Below, piece after piece: positions 60,095-64,000 of a stretch of 64,000 bases of DNA (positions within the stretch are counted from its first letter, which is position 1; every line of letters begins with the position of its first letter). The stretch lies in NCBI GenBank assembly GCA_018400715.1, contig JAGYME010000003.1:8996-72995 (forward strand), read 5' to 3'. Position numbers and translations under genes: made by a program. The notes below the pieces were generated by a model, which saw nothing but the letters and a program-made list of their open reading frames with translations, was not told where the DNA came from and made no database searches. The stretch comes from Candidatus Bipolaricaulota bacterium. Lineage in GTDB: Bacteria; Bipolaricaulota; Bipolaricaulia; M55B111.

Positions 60095-61528
60095 ATGAAA
60101 CTGAGAAAAATATTTCGCGGAAAAGAGGACATCAACTTAACTTCGGGGAGTCTGGGGAAGCCCCTATTCTATCTATCTCTCCCCGTCGTTATTACCAACC
60201 TGTTGATGACCGCTTATAACCTGGTTGACACGTTCTGGGTCGGGAGGCTAAGCAAGCAGGCCCTTGCTGCGATTACGTTTTCCTATCCCATGGTATTCCT
60301 GTTTATCTCCCTGGGTTTAGGCGTTTCAGTTGCAGGCAGCGTCCTTGTCGCCCAATACGAAGGAGCGGGAAAGAGGGACAGAGTAGAGTACGCGGCGTCG
60401 CAGACGTTGATCTTTACAGTCGTAGTTGGGGTGTTCCTTGGCGTCGCCGGGTTTTTCCTGCTTACCCCCATTTTAAAGCTCCTGGGGGCCTCGCCCGAGG
60501 TAATCCCTCTGGCCACGGAATACATGCAGGTTGTAACCCTTGGTATGCTATTTATCTTTGGTTACTCCGTGTTTATCGCGTTGATGCGGGGGTTCGGAGA
60601 GACGGTTACGCCGATGTTAATCATGTTATTCACCGTCCTGTTGAACGTTCTCGTTGACCCCTTCCTGATATTCGGCTGGCTGTGGTTTCCTAAGCTGGGA
60701 GTCCAAGGGGCAGCCGTCGCCACGATATTCTGTCGTGGTCTGGGGTTTCTGATCGGCCTGTGGATTTTGTTTACGGGCAGGAAAGGGTTGAAGGTCCATC
60801 TCTCCTACATGCTCCCAGATTTCAAATTCTTCAAGAAGATCGTAGAAGTTGGTGTTCCCGCCTCGATTGAGAGTACGGGACGGGCGTTGTCGGTTAATGC
60901 CATGCTTTCCGTAGTCGGCGGGTTTACCACGAGCGTTGTCGCGGGTTACGGGGTGGGAATAAGAGTTTTCTCGACGGTATTTCTTCCCGCCCTGGCCGTG
61001 TCGCAGAGCGTGGAGACCGTGACCGGACAGAACATAGGGGCCGGGGAGTTTGCCCGCGCTGAGAGGGCAAATTACCTTGCCTCAAAGGCGATGTTTGTCG
61101 GGATGAGCCTGCTCGGCGTATTTACGTTTCTGTTCGCTCCCTTCATAGTTTCCATTTTCAGTCCCGACGAGGAGGTCGTCAGGGTCGGGGCGGAATTTCT
61201 CCGATACATCGCCCTGACCTTTGGATTCGTTGGGGCGACCAGGGTCTTTTCTGGAGGGTTCCGCGGGGCGGGCAAGACGTTGGTTGCGGCGGCAATAGCG
61301 ATCGTAACACTGGGGGTAATCCGGTATTCTGTGGCGATGGTTTTGTCTGCAAGTATGGGAAGGACAGGCCTGTGGACCGCGTTCGTGATCTCTAACGTAT
61401 CGGGCTTATTTATTGCCTACTTTTGGTTTAGGAGGGGGACGTGGAAGGAGAAGGTAATCCAAGCTGATAAAAACAAGGGGAAGGTTGCCGAAGAGTTGTG
61501 CGAGATCGAGGAGACGATTTCCGAGTAG
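60095..61528 (+). CDS. MATE family efflux transporter
   Basis: 477 aa with 12 TM. PVVITNLLMTAYNLVDTFWVGRL is typical of the MATE N-terminus. Confidence 0.9.
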   Translation: MKLRKIFRGKEDINLTSGSLGKPLFYLSLPVVITNLLMTAYNLVDTFWVGRLSKQALAAITFSYPMVFLFISLGLGVSVAGSVLVAQYEGAGKRDRVEYAASQTLIFTVVVGVFLGVAGFFLLTPILKLLGASPEVIPLATEYMQVVTLGMLFIFGYSVFIALMRGFGETVTPMLIMLFTVLLNVLVDPFLIFGWLWFPKLGVQGAAVATIFCRGLGFLIGLWILFTGRKGLKVHLSYMLPDFKFFKKIVEVGVPASIESTGRALSVNAMLSVVGGFTTSVVAGYGVGIRVFSTVFLPALAVSQSVETVTGQNIGAGEFARAERANYLASKAMFVGMSLLGVFTFLFAPFIVSIFSPDEEVVRVGAEFLRYIALTFGFVGATRVFSGGFRGAGKTLVAAAIAIVTLGVIRYSVAMVLSASMGRTGLWTAFVISNVSGLFIAYFWFRRGTWKEKVIQADKNKGKVAEELCEIEETISE

Positions 61529-61613
61529 TGGGCCTTCTTCTAACATTTCCCCGGAAGAACCTGCGAATTAGCATCGAGTTCTGACGTAAGATCTGAACCT
61601 GGAGGGAAAGCTT

Positions 61614-63404
61614 ATGTCTGAAGTAGAGGAGGGGAAGAGCCTTTCTGATTATAATAAATCTTACCTGTTAAAGAGGTTTGCCAGGGACTATCTAAGGCCG
61701 AACCTCGTGGCTTATCTGCCGGTCCAGTTGCTTCACGTAATTGGCGCACTCGCCGGCCTGGTCCCGCCGATACTCCTACGCAGGCTGATTGACGGGGCAA
61801 TTCCTTCCAAAAACCTGTCGGGGATCGTTACCATCTCTCTCTGGGCACTGGGAACGTTTGCCGTGATCGCCGCCGTGCGGATTGTCTGTAATTACGCAGG
61901 CCACCGCGTGGCCCAGAGCATCGTCTTCGACATGAGAAACGATATCTACAATCACTTCCAGAACTTGCCGATGCGGTTTCATGACAACAAGACGACCGGA
62001 GAACTCATGTCCCGGGTGATAGACGACCTGAATCTACTACAGGAGTTTATCCACCACGGGCCGGAAGGGTTCCTCGGTGGACTGACCAACGTGACCGGCG
62101 TCGTCGTAATCCTGTTCCTGATGAACGTGCCGCTGACGCTAATCGCCCTATCGTTTACGCCGCTTTTGGGGTTGTTCGCGTTCTTTTTGGTGAGAAGGAT
62201 GCACCAGGCGTTCCGGCGCAACCGCCGGGCGAAAGCGAAGCTTAACGAAAGGCTAGAGGACAACCTCGCTGGCATGAAGGTCATCAAGACCTTCGCCAAC
62301 GAAGATTACGAGATGGAGAGGTTCGTGGAGAAGAACAGGGGTCACTACCGGGCGAGAGCATCCGCGATCAAGTACTTCTCCACGCTCGGTCCAGTTTCCT
62401 ATTTTCTGAACAGCCTGGGTTTAATCTTTACGCTCGGATACGGCGGCTACCTTGTGACCCAGGGTGCCATGTCTGCCGGTACCATAGTCGCTTTTTACAC
62501 CTATCTGCTGCGATTTCGTGCCCCGATCCTCCGCATGGTGCAGATAAGTCAACGCCTGAGCCGTTTCTTCGCCAGCATGGAGAGATTCTTCTCGCACCTC
62601 GACATAAAACCAGAGATAGTAACTACTCCCGGAGACTTCAGCAAGCCGCGGGAGGAGATATCAGGTGAGGTAGAATTCGAGGGCGTAAACTTTACCTACG
62701 GGGAGGAAGAGGAGGTCCTGAGGGATGTCCACGTTCACGTTCCCCCGGAAACGACGGTCGCCCTTGCGGGGCCGAGCGGGGCCGGCAAGACGACGATGGT
62801 CAGGCTGCTACCGCGGTTGTATGACGTAGATGGTGGAAAGGTGAAAGTCGATGGGGTCCCTGTCCAGGACTGGGACATTTATGCCCTGCGGGATGCTATT
62901 TCCGTCGTCATGCAGGACGACTATCTCTTTTCCGGTAGCATAGGCGAAAACATCGCTTACGGTAACCCGGATACCGATATCGAGGAGATCGAGCGCTACG
63001 CCCGGGAGGCGAACGTCGACGAGTTCGTCGAGGAGACCCCCGACCGATACGACACGGAGGTCGGCCAGCGTGGCGTTAAGCTGTCGGGCGGTCAGCGCCA
63101 GAGGATCTCTATTGCCAGGGCACTCCTCCGCGACCCGAAGATACTCATTCTGGACGAGGCTACTTCGTCGGTCGATTCCTATACGGAGAAGTTGATCCAG
63201 GAGGCAATTGAAAGAGTCTCTGAGGGCCGGACCACCTTTATTATCGCTCACAGGTTGTCAACGATCGTCAACGCCGACGAGATACTGTTTATCGAGGACG
63301 GAGAGATAAAGGAGAGGGGAGATTTTTCGGAATTAATGGACCTCGAAGGACGGTTCTTCGGTTATTACAAGTTACAGTTTGAGGACCCGGAGCTTACCAG
63401 TTAA
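61614..63404 (+). CDS. ABC exporter, fused permease/ATPase (MsbA/multidrug type)
   Basis: Six N-terminal TMs, GPSGAGKTT, LSGGQRQRISIARAL, ILILDEATSSVD. Confidence 0.9.
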   Translation: MSEVEEGKSLSDYNKSYLLKRFARDYLRPNLVAYLPVQLLHVIGALAGLVPPILLRRLIDGAIPSKNLSGIVTISLWALGTFAVIAAVRIVCNYAGHRVAQSIVFDMRNDIYNHFQNLPMRFHDNKTTGELMSRVIDDLNLLQEFIHHGPEGFLGGLTNVTGVVVILFLMNVPLTLIALSFTPLLGLFAFFLVRRMHQAFRRNRRAKAKLNERLEDNLAGMKVIKTFANEDYEMERFVEKNRGHYRARASAIKYFSTLGPVSYFLNSLGLIFTLGYGGYLVTQGAMSAGTIVAFYTYLLRFRAPILRMVQISQRLSRFFASMERFFSHLDIKPEIVTTPGDFSKPREEISGEVEFEGVNFTYGEEEEVLRDVHVHVPPETTVALAGPSGAGKTTMVRLLPRLYDVDGGKVKVDGVPVQDWDIYALRDAISVVMQDDYLFSGSIGENIAYGNPDTDIEEIERYAREANVDEFVEETPDRYDTEVGQRGVKLSGGQRQRISIARALLRDPKILILDEATSSVDSYTEKLIQEAIERVSEGRTTFIIAHRLSTIVNADEILFIEDGEIKERGDFSELMDLEGRFFGYYKLQFEDPELTS

Positions 63405-63551
63405 ACGAATCTCAGGAAGCTTGCCAGACCAACCATACCAGATAGAGCCTGATGAGGGACGCGGTAAAGACGAGGACGAGAAAAATGGAGCGGTTGACGT
63501 TTACGATAGAGAAGGCATGAAACTAGCTTCCCTAGCCCGTATAGGATGCTC

Positions 63552-64000
63552 CTACTCGCGGACCGAAAAGTACTCTCTATAGTCCGGCAGGTCTTCCCGG
63601 GGAAGGTATTCGCCAGTTCGTTCGTTCATCTTGTATCGGGCGGTAAACTCGTCGGCCCCTGACGCAATCTCGCGGAGGGCTTCGATCAGCCTGTTAACGT
63701 CCTCCCGGGTGTTGTATACGCCGAGGCTTGCTCGGACTGCTCCAGCTATGTTAGCTTTTATACCGGAGTAAATTTGTTTCTTGACCTCGTTGATCCTATC
63801 GCTGGGCACCCTCATCATGTCGAGGAGGTAGGGGTGGGCGCAGAAACAACCGCTCCGGGTAGCGATTCCGTATTCGTAGCTCAACACTGCCGACAGAAGG
63901 TTATGGTCCAGGCTCTTCAGATTGAACGTGAATATGCCGAGTCGGTCCTCCGCGGTCAAGTCCTTCGGGCCAAATAACGTTAGACCGTCGATCTCCATCA
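63552..64000 (-). CDS. Class V aminotransferase / cysteine desulfurase-like protein (C-terminal part only; N-terminus off the right edge)
   Basis: The reading frame is open to the window edge. IATRSGCFCAHPY matches the SufS/CsdA-like active-site Cys loop region. Confidence 0.7.
   Translation of the reverse strand, partial: MEIDGLTLFGPKDLTAEDRLGIFTFNLKSLDHNLLSAVLSYEYGIATRSGCFCAHPYLLDMMRVPSDRINEVKKQIYSGIKANIAGAVRASLGVYNTREDVNRLIEALREIASGADEFTARYKMNERTGEYLPREDLPDYREYFSVRE

Noticed and set aside
1-64000. Search for CRISPR arrays, IS elements, integrases, reverse transcriptases, toxin-antitoxin pairs, phage genes and known defence systems.
   Set aside because: I found no spaced direct-repeat arrays and no transposase, integrase, RT or Cas-like translations. 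The only exact repeat I noticed is the 23-nt intragenic duplication in the SPFH gene. By-eye scanning cannot exclude short or degenerate repeats.

Overview
This 64 kb window is dense (about 90% coding) and looks like core chromosome rather than an accessory island. It comes from a bacterium: it carries the peptidoglycan genes murE, murF, glmM and an Slt-type lytic transglycosylase, uses GGAGG-type ribosome-binding sites, and has two bacterial-type tRNAs with encoded CCA. I call 67 CDSs (two truncated at the window edges), tRNA-Ser(UGA), tRNA-Ala(CGC), and a few promoter, terminator and repeat elements read directly from the sequence.

Recognisable content, left to right:
- hypB (partial), membrane-anchored msrAB, slt-like, an ABC-2 exporter pair, serS, pfpI, an AmmeMemoRadiSam-type radical SAM enzyme, trmO.
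- A complete livJHMGF-type amino-acid ABC importer, glmM, an S9 peptidase, a PfkB kinase, a dGTPase-like HD protein.
- A YhbD/DUF4004, bactofilin-like and M48 protease cluster; a DUF1573-rhodanese plus thioredoxin-CcdA pair; a CbiZ fusion; a DUF211 plus VIT1-like pair; treT.
- An rpiA, unknown, nfeD, SPFH operon; then murF, an S55-like peptidase, tlyA, coaE, murE, Asp23, an AbrB-PhoU regulator.
- nifS-nifU, an HDAC-like deacetylase, an MBL hydrolase, hemolysin III, a TDH-like SDR, a MATE pump and an ABC exporter.

I found no rRNA, CRISPR array, transposase, integrase, reverse transcriptase, phage gene or recognisable defence gene. I cannot demonstrate a clearly new multi-gene system from sequence alone. 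The best candidates for a second look are:
1. The five-gene YhbD-like, TM, bactofilin-like, TM, M48 module (27.2-30.5 kb).
2. An orphan 468-aa coiled-coil protein with no family I recognise (35.8-37.3 kb).
3. A terminator-like leader with a proline-rich uORF in front of the MATE pump (59.9-60.1 kb).
4. An unknown 384-aa gene translationally embedded between rpiA and nfeD-SPFH (39.9-41.0 kb).

All family assignments come from motif recognition by eye. No database search was run.
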